Assembly (NCBI RefSeq): GCF_006345805.1
Contig: NC_043002.1
Coordinates: forward strand, 38,068,001-38,132,000
DNA: 64,000 nucleotides
Reading direction: 5' to 3'
Origin: Octopus sinensis
Lineage: Eukaryota
Below are positions 50,330 through 64,000 of the stretch, piece by piece. Each line of letters begins with the position of its first letter. Position 1 is the stretch's first letter. The translations under genes and the position numbers were made by a program. The notes below the pieces were generated by a model that saw only the letters and a list, made by a program, of their open reading frames with translations, made no database searches and had not been told where the DNA came from.

Positions 50330-52130
50330 CTTAGATAAGTCTTCCAGTTTCTTGATCCCTTGAATTAGAAAGTGGCTAGCTTGACAATTCTCTACGTGTT
50401 GGGAAGGAGTTAGAATTCTTCGTTCCTAAGTTTATTGGCGGACAGTGAAGTGAAATTTTCCTTATTCTATAACCTAAACAGCTGAAAATCCTGGCATGTA
50501 GTTTGTGCGATTCTTTACAATATCTTTCAAGAATTTAGAAAGTCAGAATCTGCTGTTGCAGTGAGGTGTATGGATATATGACGTTGATTGTAGCATCTGA
50601 TTGAGAAATCGATATTCTCCAACCAAATTTGCTAATCTTATAGTTGTGCTTTAACGGATTTTCGGCTTGGGAATCGCTAGAAAATATTACCTTTCAAGTG
50701 CTAGAAATTCTCGACTATGTTTGTAGTAAAGATCAGGATACATGGTGAGTTAAACCATGATACCTTGGTACCAATTTAATGTGTATTTTTAAAATACATC
50801 AATTTGTGACTGAAACCACTTCGTACTTGTGCATTCTTTAGTACAGGTGGTCTTGTTAAGGATATCCCTTCTCGAGGATGGGTTTACCACTTTTCTGCTT
50901 ATTCCAGCTGGAAGAAACTTAAATATTGTGCATGCATAAAAATGTCATTGCTTGGACTATAAGGACGATCTGTTTTGCTGTATTATAATTCTATGTATAT
51001 TGAGATTATTGTTTAGTGCTTAATGTTTATGACTTATGCAACTCTGAATATTACAAACAGATCGTTTCTAAATATATCTATGGTATAACTGTTTATAGGT
51101 TTGAAATCTTTCGGGCGCCACCTTTGTATAATTCATTGCCAAAGGGGCAGTACTTTTGTGAGAGTAACAAATAACAATAATCTTTTCTACTCTAGGAACA
51201 AGGCTCGAAATTTTGGGGAAGAGGGCCAGTCGATTAGATCAACGCTAGTCGATTAGATCAACGCTAGTCGATTAGATCGACGCCAGTACGTAGCTGGTAC
51301 TTAGTTTATCGAACCCGAAAGAATGAAATGCAAAGTCGACCCCGGGAGAATTTGAACTCAGAACGTAAAGACAGACGAAATACCTATTTTTTACTACCCA
51401 CAAGAAACTAAACACAGAGAGGACAAACAAGGACAGACAAACGGATTCAGTCCATTATATCGACCCCAGTGCGTAACTGGTACTTATTTAATCGACCCCG
51501 AAAGTCAACCTCGGCGGAATTTGAACTCAGAACGTAGTGGCAGACGAAATACTGCTGAGCATTTCGCTCGGCGTGCTAACGTTTCTGCCAGCTCGCCGCC
51601 TTAACAAATAAAAATAATTCCACAAAATGGGCTAACTTAGTTCTCTTATGACGTTTCGTAGAAACACTGAACCCTCCTTTCTGACTTTGTAGAGAATATC
51701 ATTTGCTAACAATGACTTAATTCCTAGCGTCCATTATTTTCCTAGGTGTTAGATTGCCACTACCTGTGAATTCTTTCCGGAAACACAATGTTTTTAAGAG
51801 AATCTGGTAAGACAGAATTAAGGTATACATACAGAAAGTCCACATTATCGAATTGGGGGAGGTGGGTTCCATTAGTTCAAGAAATAAGGAAACCATCAAA
51901 CGCTCTCAATTTGTCTAGAAACATATTAATTAGATGATGAACTTTCTAGCGAAAGCGTCATTTATAGTCTTAATGAAGTTCAAGTACAAGTGATGATTTG
52001 GTTGGAAGTGTTTTCAGACTAGATAAACTGTTTTAGATCATCGTTGATCTCATATACCAGATGAAACACTGCAAGTCTTTCAAGGCTGTCAACTACGAAA
52101 ACTTCGATGTCTTATAATTACATTGTGTTA
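50330..52130 (-). mobile_element. Highly decayed RTE-like LINE (endonuclease and RT remnants) split by a SINE
   Basis: Weak matches to RTE motifs (NIVFPERIHR ~ NTFF.HK..H; GF...FTVRQ ~ GFR..QIF.LRQ); many stops. Confidence 0.4.
51181..51602 (-). mobile_element. tRNA-derived SINE dimer
   Basis: Two bodies and one head of the same family; internal 20-bp x3 repeat tagtcgattagatcaacgc. Confidence 0.85.
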
Positions 52131-55085
52131 TAGTTCTTCAATTACAGCTCAGTAAGTTTACTCTTTTATTCTTATATTTGTTTCAGTCATTTGACTGCGG
52201 CCATACAGGAGCAGAGCCTTTAGTCGAGCAAAACGACCCCTGGACTTATTCTTTGGAAGCTTCGTACTTATTCTATGGGTCTCTTTTGACGAACTATAAG
52301 TTACGGGGACTTAAACACACCAGCATCGGTTGTCAAGCGATTTTGGGTGAAGGGGGTCAAAATCAGACACACAAACAAACAAACACACACACACACACAT
52401 ATATATTTATACATATACATATATAAGACAGGTTTCTTTTAGTTTCCGTCTACCAAATCCACTCACAATGCTTTGGTCGGCCCGAGGCTATAGTAGAAGA
52501 CACTTGCAGTGGGACTGAACCAGGAACCATGTGGCTGGTAAGCAAGCTACTTACCGCAGAGTCACTCTTGCGCCTATAGCTACTTACCACAGAGCCACTC
52601 CTGCGCCTATCTTTATTAAATAATTCATTTGATGGAATTGGGATTGGAGAAATATTTGATTTATGTATTGATTTTAAATGGAGTGTTTCTAGTTTCATAT
52701 CAATTCATATATTAACATTATATATTTTTCACAATTGATCAGCACATTTCTATTTGATTATATTCTCTTTTACGATAGTTCCAAATGAATCCAGATACAA
52801 ATAGCGACTTTACTGTAGCATTCAGGTGTACTACCTCTACATAATTTGAAACTATGACTGTCGAAAGGAAAAAAATATAGGCAATATCCTGGACTGACTT
52901 CGAAAGGCTTTAAAACTATTATAATGACCAAAATCGTTACTGCCTATAATAAAGTCTTGATCACTACTGGCAAATAATGGAACGTCGTATTTTTACACAA
53001 TCGATAGTTAATGTAACTATCTTATCGCTTGTCTTTTCATTACCGTCAATAAAATCAAGTTATATCTTTATTTTACTTCACATTGGTTAGTTACTTTAAA
53101 GAAGAAAAAAAACCTATCCTGATATCGACTCAGTTTGTTTTAAATCGGATAAATAATATTATAACTTTTTGTATACTCATGTTCTTTCAGAACGGCCTTT
53201 CTAAAATCGATGAATTATGACTTATTAATGTATGTATTGCTGACTATAATACTACATTATTGTTTCTAGTAAGTAGAACTAGCTGATTCTTTTCGTGTGT
53301 TTTATCATTTATTTTAATATATGTACTCGATGCAAGAGGCTGTTTTGATTGATAAGTGTATTATACAACTCGGTTACATACATGTGGAACAAAAGTGAAT
53401 TTATATTATAAAATTGTTATTTGTAAGTCGGTGAGTTTTATTTTTTAAACAGTGGGGTCATTCTTCTAAGTATCCTGGCCAATACTCATTCTAAAGCGCA
53501 TATATAAACACAGAAATATATATTCACGTAATTTTATTCATCATTTATATATGTATTCATAAAGAAAATTAAATACACATCAAACATTAAGGTGTAATTT
53601 TTATTTTTCTAGCATTGGGTAACTGTACAAATTTATAAATTGAGCTATATTGATTTATTGCTTATGCACAAGGCCAATTTTGTCATGAAAGACAAATTGT
53701 GGTGACAATTAAACCCATGTATTGCAATGATTTATTTTATTGGCGTTGGAGGGATGAAAGGGAATGACGTACCAACTGGATGTGAGTACAAATTATTGAA
53801 AGAAATATAAATAAGGCTGTTTAAGTGTTTAAATATATACACTAACTATTCAGCTAAATAGTATCCTCTAAAGCCGTATGATATTTTAAAAGACGTAAAC
53901 TCATAATTAATTTGTTTATGTGTATTACGTTGTTTCAATTCTCAGTCAGAAACAATTTCTTTCATGTAGAGCAGTAATATCTATAATCACGAAAATTTCC
54001 ATTTTACGCTTGACTGAAAATATACAGCCTTGTTACGCAAAGCAGTATTATGTGTTAATAACTATGATTCCCTACATATTTGCTTAAGCTACTGGAAATA
54101 GCATTTCTCATATCACAGCATAGTGTTTCTAAAATTGTTCTTTTGTATAGTATGATCCGAGATGCACCATGTCTGGGGAAAATAAGCGGGATGGCGGCAG
54201 CTGTCGTACATTTGATCATAGCTCAGCTCAATTAGAGTGGAACTGCAGTTAAACAATAAAAACAACAACAGTAAATCAATATTAAAATGTGTACAGCTAT
54301 ATGGTGCTCAGTCACATAGAATACGAATTAGTCATAATGCTGGTAATATAACTGAAATAAAATCACTTACAAAAGGAATGTCAGACGATATGGCATAATG
54401 GAGAAGTCAAATGATTGCAAAAAAAATTCCAATAATTGTTTTGCTATTCATTAACATTGCGTAATAATCTGGAACATGCAAGCTTGGTTTTTCTCCGGAA
54501 ATAAGTTAGAAAACAGAATATAGCGTCATCTCTCTTTTTTTTTAATACGAAACGTTTGAAACGTCATACAATGCTAATATTAAGTGTTTCTACTTCAACA
54601 AAAATCAAAGATACAAATTCAAAACATTGAATTTACTCTTTTGAGCAAGAGTTCGCATATAAAAATATAAGACGTTTTATAAAAGCTAGATATAATTGTC
54701 TCTGATAACCTTTCGATGAAATACAAATACCTAATATGTCATTACAAGTGACATGGCAATCTTTTCAGATCTAATTATATTTTGATCCTGAACTTTTAAT
54801 TTTCCTTATGAAAAGTAAATTGCTAGTACTAACAACATTAGAATATTGCTCAAGCAACTAGATAATGCACGCAAATACACAATATATTTGATGCACGACT
54901 TGGCAACGGATTCGCCATGCTGTCGTTCAAAGAGCATTGAACTCTACCTTATACCAATTATTACTGTCATGAAAAAGAGAACGGCACGTTCGATAATAAG
55001 GTCCTTCCTGCAAAATATAAGTTACTTGGTCTTGCATGCCATTAATGCTATGCTCAAAGCGTTTCCATTATTTTGTCCGACTCCT

Positions 55086-55142
<57 letters not shown>

Positions 55143-55143
<1 letters not shown>

Positions 55144-55287
55144 TAGAAGATTTTGAGATTATGTACAGGTATTATACATTAGAAGACTGTAGTGGATGCA
55201 AGCGCTAATATATGATTTATAAAAACATATGACATTAATAAAAATCTGTAAATATAAAACCATCCAGATTTCTGATTACCTTATTTC

Positions 55288-55323
<36 letters not shown>

Positions 55324-55468
55324 GATTTTGAGATTATGTACAGGTATTATACATTAGAAGACTGTAGTGGATGCAAGCGCTAATATATGATTTATAAAAA
55401 CATGTGACATTAATAAAAATCTGTAAATATAAAACCATCCAGATTTCTGATTACCTTATTTCTTCTAA
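55143..55468. repeat. Two near-identical 151-bp units (55143-55293, 55318-55468) separated by (TA)n
   Basis: Units differ at about one base; each begins ttagaaga and ends tcttctaa. Confidence 0.9.
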
Positions 55469-55654
55469 TATATATATATATATATATATAGGTACAGGAC
55501 ATCACCAACAGTATACAACATGAAATACGAAAAACAAATTAGTTAAATACGCAAACAACGAGAGAAAAAATGGAAAACAGGACAAGTAACACGAAGAACG
55601 ACATTTTATCAGTTGTCAGCTGTCTATCTAACCCCTATTTCGAGGAGCAGATAG

Positions 55655-56511
55655 GCATGGTGCGGTGAATAAATCGTCGTCTAATTTACGCAAAAATGGA
55701 AGTAACACATACATCCGATTTTAGTAGATGTATTTACCAAAATTACATCAAGATATCTTGAAATACTAAAGAGTAAATTTTTTCAATAAAATCGCCATTG
55801 GCTTCAACCACGGCCTCCAGACGACTTCGGAATCTTCTGCAATTCTTCTGGGGGTCTCTTCGTTTAAGTTGGTAAATGCTGCCATAATCCTTGCCTTCAG
55901 TTCATCTTTGGTGTTGCAAGGAGTTTTGTTGGTCTCTCGCTGAACTGCGCCCCACATATAATAATCAAGTGGGTTGAGTCTGGGGAGTTAGGTGGCCAGA
56001 TTGTAGGGATTATGTGGACGTATAAATTGTCTGACAGCTATAACTGGGTTCTCCTGTTTGTGTGGCATGGTGCAGAGACCTCTTACCAGATATGAGGACT
56101 CAGGGCAGCACTACATACTCCAAACACGTGATTGAAGCCTCCGCGTTGAGTCTAAAGTTCAATGGAGACATAACGTCGTCACTACTAGTGATCACTCCAA
56201 ACACCATGGTGTTAATTGGATGTTTGATTTTTATCATTCGCATTAAGTGTCCTCAGATTGCATTGTACTAAGATTGACACACAAATCCTCTGAAATATTC
56301 CTATTGGAACCTGCGGCGCGAATGCCAAGTAGTTCATGTCGTTTCCAAACTCTTGGCAGAGTGAATGAATTGCATCACCGTACTGTTTTTCTCACAGATG
56401 GTACTCAACTGACCCTACGATACTGTGTAGTTGACACAATCCAAAACAAACAATACGCAAGCTCGAAATTAAATATATATAAAATGGTGACAGTTTACAC
56501 AAGGCATCCTG
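55655..56511 (-). mobile_element. Second copy of the DD37D (maT-like) deleted transposon
   Basis: LNPLDYYMWGAVQRETNKTPCNTKDELKARIMAAF; colinear with 24181-25023; terminal catcctg followed by TA. Confidence 0.8.
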
Positions 56512-56799
56512 TATGTATTCATGTATATATGTATGTATGTATATATATACACACACAAATAATATGGGCGTCTTAGCAATTTAACAACCTAAAGGCAAAT
56601 TGATAGACGTCATTAAAGTGATAGGAGGTAATCAGTAGTACAATTATTGCAAGAAATAAGAGTCAAATATGATTCAAATAATTATATATGTACGAATAGA
56701 TTGGATTGTAAACAAACAGCAAGTTGCATTTAGATTAATATATGATACTCATAATTAATGCACGTATTATGCATCAATCGTAATAATTATACACACAAA

Positions 56800-56831
<32 letters not shown>

Positions 56832-58519
56832 GTTTTTCTCTCCCTCTCTCATCTCACTCTCTCCTTCTTAGATAGTTGGAAGAAAGAGAATGTGTAAAAG
56901 CAAGAAAAATGTCGGTAGCAGTAAGGAAATATGAGTTGAAGTATGTCAACACATGATGAACATAGTGGAGGCGCGAACGATCGGAAGTTACAGAATAAAA
57001 ACTCATACATAGAAGAGCTACAGGGTAGCAAGCTGTGCAAATTCCGCAGGTGTGAATGTATATGTATAATTGTGTGCTATTAGGCACATGCGTGAGTCTC
57101 TCCTTGTTGGTGTTGGTGGTTCATTGTGTGTGGGTGTATATGCATGTGTTTATCATATATGTGTGTGTACCTGTGTGTGCGAGTGTATATGTACGGATGT
57201 ATATATGTGTATGTGTGTATATGCATATATATATATGTATATGTATATATATATATATGTATGCACATACACATACATACACACATATATGTAACAAAAC
57301 CTGCCAAAAGTAGACACCAATATCTAAGCATTATCTAAGCCTAACTACATTACCTACGAAGAAGACCAAGCAATACAACAGTAAGTGATCCCCACAATCC
57401 GTGAAACCACATATACTTTCCGCATTAAAGGAATGAAGGACAATTCAGAATAACAACATTAAGATATAGGAAATTCACGATTAAATATAATAAATCTGTA
57501 TTACCTGCCAAACGAATGCCACTACGCTTTCGACATATTGGAAGGACAATTCAATCCGACGGTGAGAACAGCGTTAAAAATATATATGTTGCCTGAGAAT
57601 CCAGAAGTTATTACTAGAAGTAACAAGATCAGAGTAAACACAGAGTGATAACTTATAACTACAAAATAGTACTTATAACAAAGAGCTTATTCCAAAAAGG
57701 ACATTCAGACAATACAACAAATATAGACTGCTTGGCACTTTATTTCCCAATCGACATCACATCACGAACATTTTATCACTTCAAAAACAAGCTTAACAAA
57801 GTATGGTGGATCAGAAAATCTCGTCAACAATACCTTCCAACAATGTGCACGGAAAGTGAAAAAAATAGAGCAATCAGTATAAAAATACAAGACACAAAAT
57901 TAATCTATTCAAATTTTCTAAATGTGCAACTACAAGGGAAGTTCTTTTTTAGTTTGTCACAAGTTCAATATATAAAATATATAAATCAAATAAATTGCTT
58001 ATAAAAGTAAAACAATAAAATAAAAGCGAAATAGAATCAGATTAATTTTTAAATAATCATATATATGTGTGTATATATATATATGCGTTTATATATTCGT
58101 TTTGCAAGATTCTTGACGTGAATTCGTGCGTTGAAACAGATATTGTTGTATTTGGGGATGGTCATGTTGCCAGTTTAGCCAATGAAAGCACACGCACTAT
58201 ATATTTTGTGCTCATTTGCTTCAGCTTTATTTTATATTAATTTTATTTCGATCAGAGTTCTTTCGTCACACTTCTGTGACCAAATCAGCCGTCCTTTACT
58301 TTCTTCTTTCTCTTTTGAGTCTCTCTCCTTATCAACAATCTGCCATTTTGTATTCTTATTGTATGTGTCTTTATTTGCACATACGTATATTTATCTGTGT
58401 GTCTATGTTTAGTAAGTGTGTGTGTGTGTGGAAATGTGCCTGCATTATCAGTATCCCATGTTTATACATGTTCATTTATAATGTGATGGACACAAACACA
58501 AAGACGCACCATATACGTA

Positions 58520-58920
58520 CAGGCATGTTTGGTAAACTCAGTTGTTTACGAAGCCGAACTCACGGCAGTGCTCCAAGATAGCGTAAACGAAAAGAAAAAT
58601 TACTTCGGTTTATGCGAAGGTAATGTTAAAATACGTTTTGCAAACAACCAATCTTCTTAATGACACATTGATAAAAATAAATCCGCTAAGTTGGCTAGCC
58701 ATGTAAAGGATCTGGAGACGAATTGAATACCATATACAATTAATTGTAGAATCGCGAAATATATTTGTCATATGTAAAAGGATCAAACACGTGCAGACCA
58801 TGCGTAGCTGAAAGGTCGCACATACGTTTTAGATCCAAGAATTCCACAACCCTACATAACTCCAGGAGAGAAATTTTTAGCAAATGCAAGCAGATGGTCG
58901 AAATTCTTTTGTCGAACGAG
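58520..58920 (+). pseudogene. Penelope-like GIY-YIG C-terminal fragment
   Basis: CLVNSVVYEAELT...KKNYFGLCEGNVKIRFANNQSS, KLASHV, YVKGSNTCRPCVAERSHI...LHNSRREIFSKC. Confidence 0.8.
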
Positions 58921-59762
58921 AGGACACAATACTTTCAGGATTCTGTAGCGATATTGCAGATATGGCCTCTTGACTGTTCTATTATTTTACCCCAGCTGGG
59001 CTAATTATGATTTCTACAAAGGGGACTCAGATCTTGGTTTTCCTATTTTTCTTTTCCTTCTGGTTACACTTTATGCATCAACCTTCTTTCCGATTTTTTT
59101 CTCGTGGTCCAGCACGCTAATCTTCAGATAGTACAAACGAAATGCACTTAGCCTGAAGGATTGCATAGAGAAACATGGTATGTTGTGTAAATGTGTCGAA
59201 TCATTCCGACTCAACCACATGAAAAATCCTGGTACCTCTTGTAAAATTTTAATATTACTCTATATACTCATGTAAAAGTCGAATTTTTTAAAACCATTTT
59301 TAAAGGTTAAATTTATAGGGTTGGCTATTGCAGATATTCTACTTTTGAGAGGTTGAAATTCAAGCTAGAATCCAAAGTATCGTATCAACATTAGAAGTTC
59401 AACTGATCTCAAAGCGAATAAAAACAAAAACACAGCGAATTACAGTTATAACACCAATTCCATGCATCAAAACACACGTCCTAGTAAACAACAAAACCCA
59501 CAAACAAGACCGCGTAGCTGTTATACATATTTACACTTTCTCTTTTATTTGTATCTATCAAACTTAACAGACTGGTTGAGTGAAATCAATTTATATGTCA
59601 TAATTATGTTAGATTACTACCGGTAATATATCTACCCGGTACCGTCATGCCACAACCTACAGCTGATACTTACTTGATGATGTATTTCAAAAAACGCTGT
59701 AGGATGTCATGTGCAGTTACCAGTAAATGTCCATAATAAGGTGTAGAGTCGTTAATCTGGAG

Positions 59763-59880
59763 CATGGGTTCTCAAAATGTGTTCTGCAAAACCTCAGGGT
59801 TCCCTGAATGTTATCTGCGGTTCCACGTTTTTAAAAATAATGTCGAAAGATTCCGCGGCAAAAAAGTTTTGGAACCACTG
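59763..59880. mobile_element. Short hAT-type MITE
   Basis: catgggttctcaaa ... tttggaaccactg termini; degraded 8-bp TSD atctggag/atttagtg resembling NTCTAGAN. Confidence 0.5.
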
Positions 59881-60614
59881 ATTTAGTGATTAACTAAATG
59901 TTTTGAAGCTTACCGAAGTCATGCCTCTGTGTGAATTCATACAGTGGTGTTTGCTGTTGTTTGCCAGTAGTGCTGTCTGTGAAACACGTTTCTCACCATG
60001 TAAACAGACAAGCATATGACGCATGTGTATATTGTATTTAGAGATGTGGAAAATATAAAGCTCGCATAAAAACACTGATCTAGCGATTAATTGAATGTTT
60101 TTAGGATTACCAAAGTCATGCATTTGTACGAATTCAGACAGTGTTCACAAATAGTGCTGTCTGTGAAACATCTTTCTCACCATTTAAACAACGAGTGTAC
60201 GACGCATGTGTTTATTGTATTCGAAGATGTATGCAGGCTTGCAGCATATCCTGAGAATACATTTTAGTAATGGTGATGCAGCACCCATTAACAGATGTGT
60301 AGAGCTTGCTAGTAAAATGTGCTTTACTATAAGCACCGAGCGTTCCATTATAAACATTACGTGTTTCACCTATACAGTAGGCTACAGTAAGGTAGTCACA
60401 CAATTTTGTAACAAGGGGTTGGACTTTTAAATGAGATCGACTATTACTCGAATATATACGGTAAATGATATCCGTCCCTTACTGGATGGAGTAAATTTTT
60501 GTTTCATCCCGCTTATAATGGAACAGTAATACAGTAATCTCCTTCTCTCTCTCTCTCTATATATATATATATTATATATATATATATATTCTCACTATGT
60601 GTATGTATATATAT

Positions 60615-60672
<58 letters not shown>

Positions 60673-61871
60673 CACATAGTGAGAATTTTCAAAAAAGCAA
60701 AAGACGAAGACTGGTGGGTAAACAACAAACAGATGTATTAGTTTAACGCTCGGGAAGTGAGAAAGTCATTTACGTTTCGAGCCTAGGCTCTTCGACAGAA
60801 CGGAACACAGAAATAAACAGGGAGAGAAAATAGAAAAAAGTTTAGTGGCTAGCGATCTATCGCGCTGGGCTTCATTCGGATTTATCTACCAAATGCTTTG
60901 ATTGGCCGGGGCTATAGTAGAAAACATTGGCCCAAGGTGCCATGCAGTGGAACTGGACCCGAGACCATGCAGCTGGGAAGCGAACATCTTCCCACGCAAC
61001 CCTACTTCTCTTATTTTTTTTAATTATTCCTGCCTAGATATGTTGAAATATTCATGATTTCTCTAAACACTCTTGATACAGAGGAATATAATCTGCTCTT
61101 GGTAGAGTGTAGCATAGACTAAACTGTTTATTACAAACTTGATTTCATATGTAGTATTGACTCCTATTCCAGAAAAATATATGCAAACCATGATATTGCA
61201 ACCAAAATTCGTTACTCTCGGTATTATGGACCAATCTGCATAAAAAAAGCAGTCGAACGTCGTTTACAACCTCAATGTTGTTAAGATTTCTATTGTTTTT
61301 CATCGACAGAGATTGTTTCGGCTTTAACTTAGTAGATTTTCATAGCCATTCTAATTTTAACGGTTATTGACAATGTCCACGACAGCGGTGAGCAGCTCCT
61401 ACTCAGACTGCGGCAGCTACGGCTTGAAAGCAGTATGTCAGTTTACCCATTCGGACACAGTTTGGTCGTATCTATATTCGTAAACTTATTTGTTTTTCTC
61501 ACCAATCTACATCTTAATACGTTACTAGAGCATAATATCCAATATTAAAATGAGAACTACTTTTTGGTTCCAATATACTATTAAATTAATTAAGCGAAGT
61601 TAATTTTTGTATCATTGTTAATACTGACACTAATTGCGTTACTCTAATTAAAATATTCGTCGTGAGATATAATTTACAGGAGTAAGAAATTCATATATTA
61701 TTCATACTACCAATCATAAGTGATTAAATATATGGAAACAATTAACGAACAATTTTCACGTGCAATATGTGTCAACATGACTGTGTATGTATGTATGTAT
61801 GTATGTATGTGTATGTATGTATGTATGTATGCATGTATGTACGTTTGTATGCACGTATATATGCATGTATG

Positions 61872-61911
<40 letters not shown>

Positions 61912-62089
61912 TAGGTATATAAACATATGTGTGTGTGCGTGTGTGAGATAAACATTATCGACCACATATATTTAACATAAATGGTGTGTGTATTTCCCGG
62001 TAGGCTATGATTTGTTGTGTTCGAAGCGCCGGTTGTTAAAATATCTGAGAGTCAAGGAGAGGCAAAATAACTAGCTCCAGATCTCATCT

Positions 62090-62760
62090 AGGAATGATGG
62101 ACAGCAATGTTTTGCCTTTTGTTTTTGGCTTATCAGCATCACGTATCCGAACCTTAATAATGTCATCACAGTGCGTAGTAGTCCTTCAAGCTCATTATCA
62201 TCTTTGCCATAGAGTTTTAAGTTAGCCATATAAAATAGATGACTTATTTTCTGCTCGCCAATTTTATACCCATAACGTTTTTGTTAAGTTCACTTGTAAG
62301 GGGTATCAGGGCTATGCAAAACATTAGAAGTGAAACTGAGTTACCTTTGAAAATGTGCAGTTGATATTAATATTGTTTGTGGTCAGTATTCCATTAGAGT
62401 GGTATAATTGAAGATTCGTATTCCATACTGATATGTTATGCTTCAGGAAGTTTGAAATCACAGGAAAAATTTGAAAATATTCAGCGATTACAAAATCCAG
62501 GTGTGTGGTATACTTTTTATAAACAATCCATACGGAACTGAGATTTCTGCGTTTGTTATGACAGTTCTCAAGGGTCATGAGATTGATGAAGAGCTGGTCT
62601 TTGCATCCATATGAGCCTCATCGGCACCCTTTTTGTTCATTGGGGATAATATTGTTCTTTTCTATAAATGTCTATATTTTCTCCACGAGGATGGATGTTA
62701 AAATTTTATACGTGGAGATAGACATGTTATGGGCCGATAGTTTTGGGGAAATTTGTTTTC
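62090..62760 (-). mobile_element. R4/Dong-like LINE RT fragment
   Basis: CKDQLFINLMTLENCHNKRRNLSSVWIVYKK, PHTWI, FSKVTQFHF*CFA*P*YPL (~FQGDSLSPLLFCLALIPL), LFYMAKL (~LLYMDDLKL). Confidence 0.7.
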
Positions 62761-62859
62761 ATTATTCTTCGAGAGTAGGAAAATAATGCCTATGGCCAAC
62801 CAATCAGGTGTTTTCTTAGGATTTCTCATAATTTCATTGAATAACTGAATAACTGGGCT

Positions 62860-63815
62860 GAGAGGAAGCTGTCCCTGGAGAATGCGTACATTGCATCCGT
62901 CATATACTATCGCCTGACTGTCGTCCCTTGCCCCGCTTCGTGGCTGAACGGGCTGGTGCTATTGCTCGTCTGCTTCCTTTTGAAGGGACAAGTGCCGCTT
63001 GGTCCATTTACTGTCAGCAACCGTTGCGTGGAGGGGTGACTATGTCATGTTTGATAATGCGCAAACATGCACTGAAGGTGCGACATCTCCAGTGATAACT
63101 TAATGGTGAGCAAGTGTGGTCATCGTTTGTTGGACGAGGTTTCCACAGTTCGTCTCTTTGACATAGCTACAGTTCTCGATCATGCGTAGACTGAGGCAGG
63201 GCGCTTGGCACCTAGGGTGTCTCCAAGCGTTCACAGCACTCAGCCAGTCCGGCAATGCAGTCGATGGAAGTTCCACCTTGGGGATTAGTGGCGGGCAAGA
63301 GTAACGACGTTCTAGAAGTACTGGGCATCGGGAGGGACCAACTGACTGGTCTCTTACGGAGGACTTTCGGGCCGGGTCCTATGGATAGATTTTAGAAATC
63401 CCTGGCCTGGCACTGCTACCGGGGGCGGGGCTCTGTCGGTTCGTGCTAAGCTCTACAGGTACGGGTCAGTAGTTAAACGGGCTTATCCGAGATGCACGCG
63501 AAGCAATGAAACAATTCTGCATGCTCTCGTACGGTGTCCACATACTGTTGACTTGTGGAACTTTGCCGATTTGTTATTGTCATATGTAATCTGGTGGCTA
63601 TAACGAAAGAGGTTGTGTAGTGATCGCGATTGAAATGGTTGAAGACGGGTATGTTCCTCTTCAGCCAAGGCCACATTAATCTTTTCAGATTCCACCTGAA
63701 AAGGAACGTTAGGCTGGAGAGAGAGGTACTGTCACCCAGTAAGTTTATCGAAAGGTGGGTGAATGGGACAAGAATGGCCCGTGTGAATGGGCCTACTCTA
63801 AGTGTGCGCCTGTAG
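62860..63815 (+). mobile_element. Tx1/L1-like LINE ORF2 C-terminal fragment
   Basis: NAYIASVIYYRLTVVPCP, KSLAWHCYRG..VRAKLYRYG, zinc finger remnant PRCTRSNETILHALVRCP, end FHLKRNVRLEREVLSPSKFIERW...L*. Confidence 0.7.
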
Positions 63816-64000
63816 GCAGGATGAAATGAGGACGAGAGGGACCCAAAACCCAAATATTATTTAATTCTTTTCTCTGGAGCATTAATATCAATGGAAACAT
63901 TAGTTTTGATACCAAAAATACTTGTCAAGCTTCCACCGACGTTCTAGCCTTCCAACCGGAAGTATAACAACAACAACAACAACAATACTCGTGTTTTTCT

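Noticed and set aside
57300-57960. Possible LINE ORF1 relic or exon
   Set aside because: Too decayed to support a call.
58520-58620. Apparent host exon with good acceptor and donor (cag|GCATG...GAAG|gtaatg)
   Set aside because: The frame continues past the donor as a PLE GIY-YIG domain, so the splice signals are coincidental.
59150-59240. ctgaagga...catgaaaa downstream of the 58520 GIY-YIG fragment as an HHR
   Set aside because: Core mismatches and no stem I pairing; at best a dead remnant.
59960-60230. Twice-repeated ~80-bp block resembling the hAT dimerisation motif (SAVCET.FS)
   Set aside because: Too short and degenerate to call as an element; probably hAT debris beside the MITE.

Overview
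AT-rich, repeat-dense animal genomic DNA. The SINE families, (TA)n/(CA)n microsatellites and TE mix look cephalopod (Octopus-like); this is an inference, not a database result. I cannot support any host protein-coding gene; almost all provided ORFs are microsatellite read-through or decayed transposon frames. The window holds one near-complete Penelope-like element (PLE; RT + GIY-YIG) and five further PLE coding fragments. It also holds a complete decayed mariner, two DD37D/maT elements, hAT, Helitron, Ty3/Gypsy, RTE, CR1/L2-like, Tx1-like and R4/Dong-like remnants, and many tRNA-derived SINEs. The main unexplained signal is a set of type I hammerhead-ribozyme (HHR) motifs from at least five sequence families, read by eye. 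The strongest case is a non-coding array of 362-bp units (43429-45328), each full unit carrying a minimal HHR with a U3:A8 core variant and a palindromic ACGCGT stem III. The array switches strand inside the ribozyme itself. Directly beside it is an 826-bp near-perfect palindrome with an HHR-like motif in each arm. This resembles a retrozyme-like / PLE-dependent circular-RNA element. All RNA folds are manual and untested.
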